NCBI GenBank assembly: GCA_964519305.1
Contig: CAZFHY010000019.1
Location: forward strand, 10,762-74,761
Direction: 5' to 3'
Length of the DNA: 64,000 bases
Source of the DNA: Candidatus Undinarchaeota archaeon
GTDB taxonomy: Archaea > SpSt-1190 > JASMDC01
The position numbers and the translations under genes were made by a program. Below the pieces are notes generated by a model, which saw only the letters and a program-made list of their open reading frames with translations, had not been told where the DNA came from and made no database searches. Positions 18,705 to 27,924 of the stretch are shown here, piece after piece. Numbering within the stretch: the first letter of the stretch is position 1; every line of letters starts with the position of its first letter.

Positions 18705-19703
18705 TCATGACGAGGACTGTGCATCGCTCCCTTCGAGCGATTCAACGGTCTCCTCTAGGACCTCTAGCGGATCCTTGCCCTTGATTCGCGCGACCTTATC
18801 CCTGAGAACGGCGATCCTCTTCTCGAACCTTCCATGTTCCTCGATATCGAAGGGGAATAGGTCCTCCTCTGCCTCGTCAAGGCGCGCAAGGAGACTGGGC
18901 TTAAGGGCGGGATCATGTTCCTTGATGTCCTTCTCGATGGCTTTAAGGAGCTCGGTCATGATACGCACGTTGGGCGTCTCGATATAGGTGCGTTTCTCGT
19001 GCTTTCGTTTGCGTGGCTGGTGATGTCGGTGGGCTCGTGGTGGCATGTACACCATCCTGAGGTCGTACGCGCTGGAGAGCCGGGACATGAGGCCGATGAT
19101 GCGTCCCAGGCGCCGGTCCACATCCTCCACGATATGGAAACGTTTCCGATTTACGGTGAGGGTGTCAGCGATGGACCGCAGGTCATCCACGAGGCTCTCG
19201 GCCCGTGGACGGTCCTGGCATGTGCGGACCTGACGCTCGAACTTCGCGAGGTCGCGATCGACATGCGCGAGGACAGATTCCTGGGTAGAAAGTTCGAGCG
19301 GGAGGTCTGTGGTATCGACCCCTACCGATGCCAGCATGTTCAGGAGTCCGGTATGGACCTGCATGACCTCCTTCCGTGCTTCAGCGTTCTCTTCACCGGT
19401 GAGCGAGCGCTCGATGTCGTACAGGTCGCGAAGGAGCTCCCGGGCGAGATCGACCTTCGGGATGTAACGCGCAGTGTCTATACAGCGTTCTAAACGCTGT
19501 CTGAGTTCTGGCGTGAGCACCGAGGCATCGAGCCTTGCACTGGACCGGCCCTTCTTCTCAGTGGCGTGTTCCTTGTCCGTTCCACCCTCGAGCGCCTCGA
19601 CACGCGAGAGGATGGCGTCCTGCTGCGAACCCATCCGCTCGAGCTGTGAGAACATCTCCTTCTGCTGGGCGAGCAGCTTCCGGAGCAGTTCGGCCTCCTC
19701 CAT
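18705..19703 (-). CDS. Hypothetical helical protein
   Basis: 332-aa ORF with a leaderless start about 25 nt from a TATA box; no recognised motif. Confidence 0.65.
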   Translation of the reverse strand: MEEAELLRKLLAQQKEMFSQLERMGSQQDAILSRVEALEGGTDKEHATEKKGRSSARLDASVLTPELRQRLERCIDTARYIPKVDLARELLRDLYDIERSLTGEENAEARKEVMQVHTGLLNMLASVGVDTTDLPLELSTQESVLAHVDRDLAKFERQVRTCQDRPRAESLVDDLRSIADTLTVNRKRFHIVEDVDRRLGRIIGLMSRLSSAYDLRMVYMPPRAHRHHQPRKRKHEKRTYIETPNVRIMTELLKAIEKDIKEHDPALKPSLLARLDEAEEDLFPFDIEEHGRFEKRIAVLRDKVARIKGKDPLEVLEETVESLEGSDAQSSS

Positions 19704-19767
19704 CGCATCGAGCCTTGAAGGGTAATTTTTTAAATACCTCCCGCCACATCAGAAATCACATCCTTGT

Positions 19768-19861
19768 GGGGACATAGTGTAGCTAGGCAGCACGGTGGGC
19801 TCCAGAATCCATTCACGGCTGTGGAAACCCGCAAACTAGGGTTCAAATCCCTATGTCCCCA
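19768..19861 (+). tRNA. trnW: tRNA-Trp(CCA) with a ~21-nt intron in the anticodon loop
   Basis: Acceptor GGGGACA/TGTCCCC-A, anticodon stem GTGGG/CCCGC with CT-CCA-G, T arm TAGGG-TTCAAAT-CCCTA; insert about 19806-19826. Confidence 0.9.
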
Positions 19862-19920
19862 CTCCTTTATCCTTCCCTGTCCGAACACTTTTTAACGCTT
19901 CAGGCTTTCGTCCAGCGCCC

Positions 19921-20505
19921 ATGTCCATCGAGGAGGAGTTCGGTGTCAAGATAGTCGCTGAGAGCGCAATGTGCCCTATCTGCGGCAAGGATGACGTTGT
20001 GGTCTCAAAGCGCGAGCACAAGGGCGGGGACCTTGAGGGCGTGACGGAGATATTCAACCATTGTCGCTCGTGCTCGTATCGCGCCTCCGATGTGTTCCCT
20101 TCAGCGGGAGGTGAACCCAAACGCTATACTTTCCGCGTACGTTCAAACAAGGATCTCGATGTACGTGTTGTGAAGTCCTCCACCGCGACCGTGCACATCC
20201 CCGAGCTCGGGGTTGATATTGAGCCGGGACCCGCGTCCAAGGGGTATATCACCAACGTGGAGGGCGTGCTCGAGCGGGTGAAGGAAGCGATACACATGGC
20301 CCGGTCCTGGGAGACGACGGACGAGGGAAGGGCGCGCTGCGACGAGAAGCTCGCCACCATCGATGCGTTGATCGATGGGAGCTCCTTCACACCCTTCCGT
20401 CTGATCCTTGAGGATATATTCGGCAACTGCCTCATCATCTCGAAGAAGGCCAAGGCCGCGACCCTATCACCTGAAGAGATAGATCGGATCGTCACACAGG
20501 GATGA
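19921..20505 (+). CDS. ZPR1-type zinc finger protein
   Basis: CPIC...CRSC, 'DLDVRVVKSSTATVHIPELGVDIEPG..SKGYITNVEGVLER', 'LILEDIFGN'. Confidence 0.92.
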   Translation: MSIEEEFGVKIVAESAMCPICGKDDVVVSKREHKGGDLEGVTEIFNHCRSCSYRASDVFPSAGGEPKRYTFRVRSNKDLDVRVVKSSTATVHIPELGVDIEPGPASKGYITNVEGVLERVKEAIHMARSWETTDEGRARCDEKLATIDALIDGSSFTPFRLILEDIFGNCLIISKKAKAATLSPEEIDRIVTQG

Positions 20506-20515
20506 GAAAGGGGTG

Positions 20516-20540
20516 CGCCCGGCCCCCTGTGGACCGGGCG
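20516..20540 (-). terminator. GC hairpin downstream of rubrerythrin, between convergent genes
   Basis: Minus strand CGCCCGGTCC-ACAGG-GGGCCGGGCG followed by CACCCCTTTCT. Confidence 0.55.
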
Positions 20541-20556
20541 AGCTTAGAAGGGCGTC

Positions 20557-21132
20557 TCACCAGTTCTCGGCAAGGAGCTGGAAGTGTGCTTGCGGATGGG
20601 CGCAGGCAGGGCACTCCTCGGGAGCCTCAGGCCCCTCGTGGACGAACCCGCAGTTGTTGCACTTCCACTTCACCGGCCGGTCCTTCTTGAACACTGTGCC
20701 GTTCTCGATGTTCGCAAGGAGGCCTAGATAGCGCTTCTCATGCTGCTTCTCGGCGATAGCGATGGACCTCATGACCGTGGCGATCTCGGGGAATCCCTCC
20801 TCATCTGCGATGTCGGCGAACTCCGGGTACATGGATGTGTACTCATGGTTCTCACCGGCAGCGGATGCCTTGAGGTTCTCGGCGGTCGAGCCGATGATGC
20901 CTGCAGGGAACGCACCGGTGATCTCGACCTCGCCCCCCTTGAGGAACTTGAAGAGCTTCTTCGCATGCTCCCTCTCGTTATCGGCCGTCTCCAGGAATAC
21001 GTTCTGGATCTGGACAAAGCCCTCCTTCTTGGCCTTGGAGGCAAAGAAACCGTAGCGGTTCCGTGCCTGGGACTCGCCAGCGAATGCTGTGAGTATGTTC
21101 TTTTCGGTCCTTGTTCCTTTCAGTTCAGGCAT
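20557..21132 (-). CDS. rbr: Rubrerythrin
   Basis: 'AFAGESQARNRY', 'NEREHAK', 'GENHE..SMYP', 'AEKQHEKRY', C-terminal CNNC..CPAC. Confidence 0.97.
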   Translation of the reverse strand: MPELKGTRTEKNILTAFAGESQARNRYGFFASKAKKEGFVQIQNVFLETADNEREHAKKLFKFLKGGEVEITGAFPAGIIGSTAENLKASAAGENHEYTSMYPEFADIADEEGFPEIATVMRSIAIAEKQHEKRYLGLLANIENGTVFKKDRPVKWKCNNCGFVHEGPEAPEECPACAHPQAHFQLLAENW

Positions 21133-21171
21133 TTTCTGTTCACCTTCGCATATGGGATTTTGGTCACTACC

Positions 21172-21558
21172 TCAGATCGTCGTCATCCACAGGCCGTGGA
21201 CGGTGCAGTGCTCACGCACCGCGATGATCTTCTCGCCGGTGCAGTCGCAGAACAGGGCCTCAGGTGCCTGTCCTGGCTTCAGGAACACGATATGTGTAGC
21301 TATATCAGTGACGAGCTCGATCCACTCGATGAAGTGGTTCTCCTCCATGGGATGGGTCACCGAGCCCACGATCACCTTCAGACCGCCGTCGGTCGTCTCG
21401 ATGACGGGGAGGTGCTTCTCCATGCCTTGGTCCTCTTTCTTCTCCTCGAGTAGAATCATCTTGCGGGCGCAGCACACGAGCTCTCCCCCGCTGGCGTGTA
21501 CGACCTCGATGATGTTACCGCACACGTCGCATTTGTAGACTTCCAGCCTCTTGGTCAT
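21172..21558 (-). CDS. dfx: Desulfoferrodoxin (2Fe superoxide reductase)
   Basis: 'YKCDVCGNIIEV...LVCC' desulforedoxin domain; EKHLP, HPM, HFIEWI, CTVHGLW. Confidence 0.95.
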   Translation of the reverse strand: MTKRLEVYKCDVCGNIIEVVHASGGELVCCARKMILLEEKKEDQGMEKHLPVIETTDGGLKVIVGSVTHPMEENHFIEWIELVTDIATHIVFLKPGQAPEALFCDCTGEKIIAVREHCTVHGLWMTTI

Positions 21559-21594
21559 TTCATATCAACCTCTTGCACACTTTTCTAGGCCCGT

Positions 21595-22059
21595 TTAAGC
21601 GGTGTCCGCCGGAGGGTGGGGTGTATCACAGTGATCGCAGTCATGATCGCAGTTCGCGTGCACGGGGAGCACAGTCCCTTCTCCATTGCGTGTCCTGTAG
21701 TCCTTGATGGCCGCGTGAAGGGCATCAGCAGCGAGGTTCGAGCAGTGCATCTTCTTTGGCGGGAGCCCGTCCAGCTCGTCCGCCACGTCCTGACGCGTGA
21801 TCTTCATGGCCTCTTCGATGTTCATGCCCTTGGCCAGCTCGGTGACCATGCTGCTCGTGGCGATGGCAGAACCGCACCCGAAGGTCCGGAACTTGATCTC
21901 TGTGATGATGTCGTTATTCACGGTGATGAATATCTCCATGAGGTCGCCGCAGACCGGATTACCGACCTTACCGTACCCATCGGCGTCCTCGATGACACCG
22001 ACGTTGCGGGGATTCATGAAGTGCTCCATTACCTTCTTGCTGTAGCCGACTTGTGTCAT
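21595..22059 (-). CDS. iscU: Fe-S cluster scaffold, IscU/NifU type
   Basis: 'HFMNPRNVG', 'GNPVCGD', 'FRTFGCGSAIA', 'LPPKKMHCSNLA'. Confidence 0.95.
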   Translation of the reverse strand: MTQVGYSKKVMEHFMNPRNVGVIEDADGYGKVGNPVCGDLMEIFITVNNDIITEIKFRTFGCGSAIATSSMVTELAKGMNIEEAMKITRQDVADELDGLPPKKMHCSNLAADALHAAIKDYRTRNGEGTVLPVHANCDHDCDHCDTPHPPADTA

Positions 22060-22071
22060 GTGACCACGTCC

Positions 22072-23223
22072 TCATAACGGGGATAGGTTTCTTAATCTTT
22101 CGACAGTGTTCCGGGCGGAGTCGACCACCGCGGGCACCTGCTCCATGGTGTTGGACCGCCCGAGGGTGAGCACCATGGAACCATGCGCTTGCTCATGCTT
22201 GAGCCCGATGGCAAGGAGTACATGGGACGCCTCCAGAGTGCGCGAGGTACAGGCCGAACCGGTGGCCATAGCGATGCCGTACATGTCCATGCACAGCAGG
22301 ATGCTCTCGCCCTCGATCCGACCGAACCGGAAACTAGCATGATGGGGCAATCGTCTCTCGGGATGGCCGGTAAGATGGGAGTCCTCGATGGCGAGGATGC
22401 CCTTGATGAGCGCATCCCGGACGCCCCGAAGCCGTTCGCTCTCCCCGGTCATCTCGTTCTGGATTAGGCGAGCCGCTTCGCCCATGCCCGCAATGGCGAA
22501 CACGTTCTCTGTACCAGAGCGGAGACCCTCTTCCTGTCCGCCCCCGGGGAGCACCGTCTGCAGCTTCACACCAGGTGCTACATAGAGGGCACCTGCCCCC
22601 GGTGGGCCACCTAATGTGTTCCCAGAGAGCGTGAGCAGGTCGATGCCGTCCCTCTGGACGTCAATGGGGATGCGCCCCGCCGTTGCGGTGGCGTCCACAT
22701 GAAGGTACCTGCCCTTCTCATGGACTATCGTGGACACCTCCTTGATGGGCTGGATAGTACCGATCTCGTTGTTGGCGTACATGACCGATGTCACTATTGT
22801 AGCGTCGGTCAATAGACCTTCCAGCGCTCCTAGGTCGATGAGCCCGGTACCGTCCACCGGGGCGAGGGCCAGCTCGAATCCCTGCTTGGCCAGGTCCTTC
22901 ATAGGATTGAGCACGGAGATGTGCTCGATAGCGCTGGCCACAACGGCCTTTCCCTTGTTCATGTTCCGGAGAGCGGTCCCCCTTATGGCGAGGTTGTTCG
23001 CCTCGGTGGCACCGCTCGTGAAGATGATCTTGCCCTTCTCATCTGCATTGATCAGGGTGGCGATCCGTTCCCGTGCGTCCTCCACCGCCTGCTTGGTACC
23101 GAGACCGTCCGAGTGCAGGGAGGATGGGTTCCCGACGTCCTCTACGAGGTATCTCTGGGCGAAGGCGAGGACCCGCGGGTCCACTGGTGTCGCCGAGCCG
23201 TTGTCCAAGTAGATACGGTCCAT
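22072..23223 (-). CDS. iscS: Cysteine desulfurase, IscS/NifS type
   Basis: 'IYLDNGSATP', 'FTSGATEANN', 'NNEIGTIQP', 'RSGTENV', 'ATGSACTS'; the PLP-lysine motif reads 'LSGNTLGGP' rather than the usual S.HK..GP. Confidence 0.9.
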   Translation of the reverse strand: MDRIYLDNGSATPVDPRVLAFAQRYLVEDVGNPSSLHSDGLGTKQAVEDARERIATLINADEKGKIIFTSGATEANNLAIRGTALRNMNKGKAVVASAIEHISVLNPMKDLAKQGFELALAPVDGTGLIDLGALEGLLTDATIVTSVMYANNEIGTIQPIKEVSTIVHEKGRYLHVDATATAGRIPIDVQRDGIDLLTLSGNTLGGPPGAGALYVAPGVKLQTVLPGGGQEEGLRSGTENVFAIAGMGEAARLIQNEMTGESERLRGVRDALIKGILAIEDSHLTGHPERRLPHHASFRFGRIEGESILLCMDMYGIAMATGSACTSRTLEASHVLLAIGLKHEQAHGSMVLTLGRSNTMEQVPAVVDSARNTVERLRNLSPL

Positions 23224-23237
23224 CTCAATCCCCCCGT

Positions 23238-23600
23238 CTAGAACCACATGGTCGCGCCAGCGTCCAAGGCAAGGTCGTTGAGGGTGGCGGCCCCGACGAT
23301 CTTTACACCGTCACGCAACTCCGCCTTCTCCCAGCCGAGCATCCGCTTTGACGCTTCACAGACATAGACTGTGATCCCCATCTCGATGGTCTTTGCGAGC
23401 ATCTCGCCCACGCTGGGAAAGTCACCGATCTTGATCTTCTCGGCCTCACCGGGGACAAGCACCCGTAAAGACGTCCCGAGGTAGTACACGATAGGTTCAA
23501 GGTCCATTGCCTTTGCTGTCTGTGCCAGGACCAGAGGTGAATACTGTCTCTCGGGAGCATCGCTCGTCTGGACATAGAGGATCGATTTCTCGTTCTTCAT
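23238..23600 (-). CDS. DsrE/DsrF-like protein
   Basis: 'LAQTAKAMDLEPIVYY', 'GITVYVCEAS', 'GVKIVGAATL'. Confidence 0.8.
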   Translation of the reverse strand: MKNEKSILYVQTSDAPERQYSPLVLAQTAKAMDLEPIVYYLGTSLRVLVPGEAEKIKIGDFPSVGEMLAKTIEMGITVYVCEASKRMLGWEKAELRDGVKIVGAATLNDLALDAGATMWF

Positions 23601-23647
23601 CGTTCCGGTCTCCTTGGTGGTCCGATCCACCAACAGTATTATATACG

Positions 23648-23683
23648 CGAAAACTATAAATACTTTATTGTACTAATTACAAT
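23648..23683 (+). promoter_or_regulatory. BRE/TATA promoter followed by a PerR-box-like palindrome
   Basis: cgaaaa-ctataaata, then ATTGTA-ctaat-TACAAT (23667-23683); 11/14 match to the 7-1-7 Per box TTATAATnATTATAA. Confidence 0.6.
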
Positions 23684-23725
23684 GTAGGAATCAGAACAAA
23701 TCCTGTTATTGGAGGACACGGTATA

Positions 23726-24160
23726 ATGACCGATGATGCGATAGAACGTGGTGTGAGACTTCTCAGGGACCATGGATTGAAGGTGACACCACAGAGGCTC
23801 GAGATACTTCGCTACCTTGAGGAACATTGCATTCATCCTACTGCGGACGAGATCTACAATGCCCTGAAGGAACGCAATCCTTCTCTCTCGAAGACGACCG
23901 TTTACAATACACTTGAGACTATGCACAAGCAGAAGCTCGTCGATGTGCTGATGATATCGGAGTCCGAACGCCGATACGACCTCGCACATGGCTCACACCA
24001 TCATTTCATGTGCCATGTGTGCGGTAGGATCCTCGACATCGATATCGCATGCCCACACTGCAACCGGATCATCAACGGTGAGCACCAGGTCGACGAGGTC
24101 CACGGTTACTTCAAAGGTGTCTGCAGCGAGTGCTTGACCAAGGAAGAAAAAAGACAATAA
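23726..24160 (+). CDS. Fur/PerR family transcriptional regulator
   Basis: 'LKVTPQRLEIL', 'HPTADEIY', 'TVYNTL', 'HHHFMCHVCG', 'GVCSEC'. Confidence 0.93.
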   Translation: MTDDAIERGVRLLRDHGLKVTPQRLEILRYLEEHCIHPTADEIYNALKERNPSLSKTTVYNTLETMHKQKLVDVLMISESERRYDLAHGSHHHFMCHVCGRILDIDIACPHCNRIINGEHQVDEVHGYFKGVCSECLTKEEKRQ

Positions 24161-24174
24161 AGGGGAAATGAACC

Positions 24175-25353
24175 ATGGAGACCACCGAGATCAAACCAGG
24201 AGTATACTGGGTCGGCGCCATCGACTGGGACATCAGGAACTTCCACGGATACCTGACCCAGCGGGGGACCACCTACAACGCTTACCTAATCATTGACGAG
24301 AAGGTCGTGCTGGTCGACACGGTCAAGGCCCACCTGGCCGATGAGATGCTCGCGCGTATCCGTGCGATCATCGATCCGACCAAAATCGACTACATAGTAT
24401 CCAATCACGTAGAGATGGACCACTCCGGCTCCATCTCGGCCGTACTGGAGCACGCTCCGGGCGCGAAGGTCATCACCTCGGTCATGGGTGCCAAAGGCCT
24501 CAAGCGACACTATAAGACCGACTGGGACCTCAAGGTCGTCAAGAGCGGCGACACCCTTTCTATCGGGAAGCGGACCCTCGCCTTCGTCCACGTCCCCATG
24601 GTCCACTGGCCGGACTCCATGGTCACCTACATCCCCGAGGACCGTCTCCTGCTCCCCAACGACGGGTTCGGTCAGCATATCGCCTCGAGTGAAAGGTTCG
24701 ATGACGAGCTCGACTGGGGTATCCTGCAGGAAGAGGCGGCCAAGTACTACGCGAACATCGTCCTTCTCTTCGGCGCCAACGTCCAGAAGGCCATGGAGGC
24801 CCTTGGCGGGCTCGATATCGACATGATAGCACCGAGCCATGGTATAATCTGGCGCTCACACATTCCCGACATCCTCGCAGAGTACCAGAAATGGTCGACC
24901 CATGTCACTGAAGAATGCGCGGTCGTCGTGTACGACTCAATGTGGGGCTCGACCCAGAGGATGGCGCACGCTCTCGGGGACGGGCTTCGCGAGACAGGAG
25001 TACATGTCCACCTCCACAATCTCAAACACACCCACATATCCGATGTGATGACCAATGTCCTCACCGCAAAGTTGGTCTGCATCGGCTCACCCACGCTCAA
25101 CAATGGCATACTCCCTACAGTGGGGGCGTTCCTCACCTATGTGAAGGGTCTTCGTCCTGAGAAACGGTTAGGGTTCGCCTTCGGCTCCTATGGCTGGGGC
25201 GGTCAGGCCGTCAAGGAGATCGAGTCCATCATGGACGGGCTCAAATGGGAGCGGCCCGAGAACGGGATCCGTATCGCGTACATCCCTGACGAGGATGAGC
25301 TGGACGCGGTGCGGGAGACCGGCCGAGCCCTCGGAAAACAGCTAAGAAAATGA
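24175..25353 (+). CDS. fprA: Flavodiiron protein (A-type flavoprotein)
   Basis: 'GTTYNAYLI', 'NHVEMDHSG', 'HWPDSM', 'APSHG', flavodoxin 'YDSMWGST', 'FGSYGWGG'. Confidence 0.95.
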   Translation: METTEIKPGVYWVGAIDWDIRNFHGYLTQRGTTYNAYLIIDEKVVLVDTVKAHLADEMLARIRAIIDPTKIDYIVSNHVEMDHSGSISAVLEHAPGAKVITSVMGAKGLKRHYKTDWDLKVVKSGDTLSIGKRTLAFVHVPMVHWPDSMVTYIPEDRLLLPNDGFGQHIASSERFDDELDWGILQEEAAKYYANIVLLFGANVQKAMEALGGLDIDMIAPSHGIIWRSHIPDILAEYQKWSTHVTEECAVVVYDSMWGSTQRMAHALGDGLRETGVHVHLHNLKHTHISDVMTNVLTAKLVCIGSPTLNNGILPTVGAFLTYVKGLRPEKRLGFAFGSYGWGGQAVKEIESIMDGLKWERPENGIRIAYIPDEDELDAVRETGRALGKQLRK

Positions 25354-25381
25354 TGTAAGATAATGTTTAGGAGGAATCGAT

Positions 25382-25618
25382 ATGACTGACATAACCGTGT
25401 ACTCAACGCCGACCTGCCCCTATTGCAAGATGGTCAAGGAGTTCCTGAACGAGAAAGGGGTAGAGTTCAAGGAGATCGATGTATCGACCGATCGCGATGC
25501 TGTCAAGACGATGGTCGAGAAGTCAGGCCAGATGGGAGTACCCCAGATCGAGATCAACGACAAGATCATCGTGGGATTCAACAAAGAAGCACTAGAGAGG
25601 GAACTTGAGAGTGAATGA
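25382..25618 (+). CDS. Glutaredoxin-like protein (YruB/NrdH type)
   Basis: 'YSTPTCPYC', 'SGQMGVPQI', 'IVGFN'. Confidence 0.93.
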   Translation: MTDITVYSTPTCPYCKMVKEFLNEKGVEFKEIDVSTDRDAVKTMVEKSGQMGVPQIEINDKIIVGFNKEALERELESE

Positions 25619-26531
25619 CGTAATCATCGTGGGCGCTGGTCCCGCCGGGATAACCGCGGCCGTGTACGCCGCTCGGAAGAGGATGAGAACGCTGGTCCTC
25701 ACCAAGAACATCGGTGGACAAGCAGCCCTCTCAGGAGAGGTCGAGAACTACACCGGCTTCCAGTTGATCACCGGGATGGAGCTGGCCCAGAAGTTCGAGG
25801 AGCAGCTCAAGGGCTTCGATGTCGAGGTCCGGACCGACGTGGAAGCGTCATGCATCACGAAGAAGGGCGACCATCTCCTGGTCAATACGCCCTCCGGCGA
25901 GCTTGCGGCCCGTACCGTGATCCTCGCCACGGGGCGCCGTCCCCGGGAGCTCAATGTACCAGGCGAGCAGGAGTTCCGCAACCGGGGCGTGACCTGGTGC
26001 GCCACATGCGATGCGCCCCTGTTCAGTGGCATGGACGTCGCGGTCATCGGTGGAGGGAACTCCGCCATGGATGCTGCGCTCCAGCTGGACGCGATCGCGA
26101 ACAAGGTATACCTGGTCAACAAGAACGACGACCTTGCGGGTGACGAGATCATGAAGGAGAAGCTATTAGCCTCCGAGAAGGTCGAGCTCATCAATCTGGC
26201 TGAGACGAAGGAGATCATCGGTGATACCTTCGTGACCAATCTCAGGATCCTCGTGGACGGCGAGGAGCGCCTGTTGGCGGTCGGGGGCGTGTTCATCGAG
26301 ATCGGCTCCGTGCCCGTCAACGCTCCGGCCTGCGAAGCCGAGAAGAACGAGTGGGGTGAGGTCATCGTCAACGAGCGGTGCGAGACCAACGTCCCCGGAC
26401 TGTTCGCCGCAGGTGATGTCACGAACATACCGGAGAAACAGATAATCGCGGCCGCCGGTCAGGGATGTATCGCTCTACTGTCCGCGTTCAAGTACCTATC
26501 GACGCATCAATTCGAAAACGGAAAGAAATGA
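25605..26531 (+). CDS. trxB: Thioredoxin reductase
   Basis: GAGPAG, 'GVTWCATCD', 'GGGNSA', 'GLFAAGDV'; start TTG 25605 or GTG 25611. Confidence 0.93.
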   Translation: MRVNDVIIVGAGPAGITAAVYAARKRMRTLVLTKNIGGQAALSGEVENYTGFQLITGMELAQKFEEQLKGFDVEVRTDVEASCITKKGDHLLVNTPSGELAARTVILATGRRPRELNVPGEQEFRNRGVTWCATCDAPLFSGMDVAVIGGGNSAMDAALQLDAIANKVYLVNKNDDLAGDEIMKEKLLASEKVELINLAETKEIIGDTFVTNLRILVDGEERLLAVGGVFIEIGSVPVNAPACEAEKNEWGEVIVNERCETNVPGLFAAGDVTNIPEKQIIAAAGQGCIALLSAFKYLSTHQFENGKK

Positions 26532-26534
26532 GAT

Positions 26535-27065
26535 ATGAATGACGGAGTGCTCAAAATGTTATCAGAAAGGATGCAAGAGGCCTTGAATAAGCAGGTGAAC
26601 GCAGAGCTATACTCCTCGTACCTGTACCTGTCCATGTCGGCCTACTTCTCAGCCAAGAACCTACCGGGATTCGCCAGCTGGATGAAATGTCAGGCACAGG
26701 AAGAGGTCGTGCATGCCATGAAGATACACAAGCATGTGCTCGGGCGGGGCGGGAGAGCGATCCTTTTACCAATCGAAGGACCACCCACTGAGTGGGAATC
26801 ACCTCGTGCCGTGTTCGAAGCGACCTATTCACACGAGCAGAAGGTCACGGGGCTCATCAACGGTCTCGTCGACCGGGCAAAAGAGGAAAATGATCCCACA
26901 ACGGTGGACTTTCTCCAGTGGTTCGTCGAGGAACAGGAAGAGGAAGAGGAATCCGCCAGTGGGGTGCTCGAGAAGGTTAAGCTCGCAGGGGACGATGCAG
27001 GCCTGCTCATGCTCGACCAGGAGTTGGCCAAGCGGGGTTTCACGCTCCCAGCGACCAAGGACTAG
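26535..27065 (+). CDS. ftn: Non-heme ferritin
   Basis: 'QVNAELYSSYLYLSM', 'QAQEEVVHAMK', 'HEQKVT', 'FLQWFVEEQ'. Confidence 0.95.
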   Translation: MNDGVLKMLSERMQEALNKQVNAELYSSYLYLSMSAYFSAKNLPGFASWMKCQAQEEVVHAMKIHKHVLGRGGRAILLPIEGPPTEWESPRAVFEATYSHEQKVTGLINGLVDRAKEENDPTTVDFLQWFVEEQEEEEESASGVLEKVKLAGDDAGLLMLDQELAKRGFTLPATKD

Positions 27066-27082
27066 AAATGAGGTGAGTTACC

Positions 27083-27517
27083 ATGAATGACGAAATTGCC
27101 ATTTGGGAAATGATGACCAAGGACCATGCCATGATCGAGGGGCTCCTCAACGGCTTGAGAGTGTCCTTCGGGAAGGGTCCTGAGGAGATCAAGGAAGCGT
27201 TCGAGAGGTTCCAGTGGAAGCTAGAGCTGCACTTCTTCACAGAGGAGCGTGCAATATTCACGATCCTCAGGAAAAAGGGTGACAAGACCTCGGAAATGCT
27301 CGACGACATACTCCAGGAGCACGAGGTCATCCTCGGGATGCTCGGGGATCTGGGTGCGGACATCGCCGCGGACAATCCCGTGGACATCTCGCAGTTCGTG
27401 GCCAAGCTGGTCAAGCACCGGACGTTCGAGGACGATGTGCTCTACCCCGCGCTGGATAAGGAGCTTTCGAGCACGCAGAAGGAGTTCATAGCCCGTCGCA
27501 TCAGAACCCTCCCGTGA
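27083..27517 (+). CDS. Hemerythrin (HHE cation-binding) domain protein
   Basis: 'KDH', 'HFFTEE', 'QEH', 'HRTFEDDVLYP'. Confidence 0.85.
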   Translation: MNDEIAIWEMMTKDHAMIEGLLNGLRVSFGKGPEEIKEAFERFQWKLELHFFTEERAIFTILRKKGDKTSEMLDDILQEHEVILGMLGDLGADIAADNPVDISQFVAKLVKHRTFEDDVLYPALDKELSSTQKEFIARRIRTLP

Positions 27518-27523
27518 ACGGAG

Positions 27524-27838
27524 ATGAGCAACTTGGACGACCCTGATGAAGAGCATCCGAAGGAAGAAGAGGGGCCGGCTAACAGTCCCCAGGTAGTGCT
27601 ATCTGACGATGCACCTACCTGTGCTACTCCCAGTTGTCCCCTCTGTCGTCGGGACACCTTGTTCTTCATAATCCTTGGTTTCGCTCTCGTGATGACCGGC
27701 CAGAAGGACCTTATGCTAGCGGGGTATGTGATCATACTGGCAGCATATGCTCTGGCGTTCCTGGGCATCAATCTTCCCGATCCATTCCGGGCACAGACGC
27801 AGGTCGCTACTTCGGATGGACCGGAGGCGGATGAATGA
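27524..27838 (+). CDS. Small membrane protein with a CxxxxCxxC motif
   Basis: 'CATPSCPLC' followed by two TM segments; lies in operon order. Confidence 0.6.
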   Translation: MSNLDDPDEEHPKEEEGPANSPQVVLSDDAPTCATPSCPLCRRDTLFFIILGFALVMTGQKDLMLAGYVIILAAYALAFLGINLPDPFRAQTQVATSDGPEADE

Positions 27839-27891
27839 CCAAGGACGTGTTCACGTTCCTCGTCGGTGGAAAGATGAGCGAGTACAAGTAA
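27835..27891 (+). pseudogene. 18-codon remnant resembling the N-terminus of a 2-oxoacid:ferredoxin oxidoreductase alpha subunit
   Basis: MTKDVFTFLVGGKMSEYK*; ATGA-coupled to the upstream stop and preceded by GGAGG. Confidence 0.45.
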
Positions 27892-27924
27892 AGACATTTA
27901 GAACTCACAGGAGATGAAATGACC

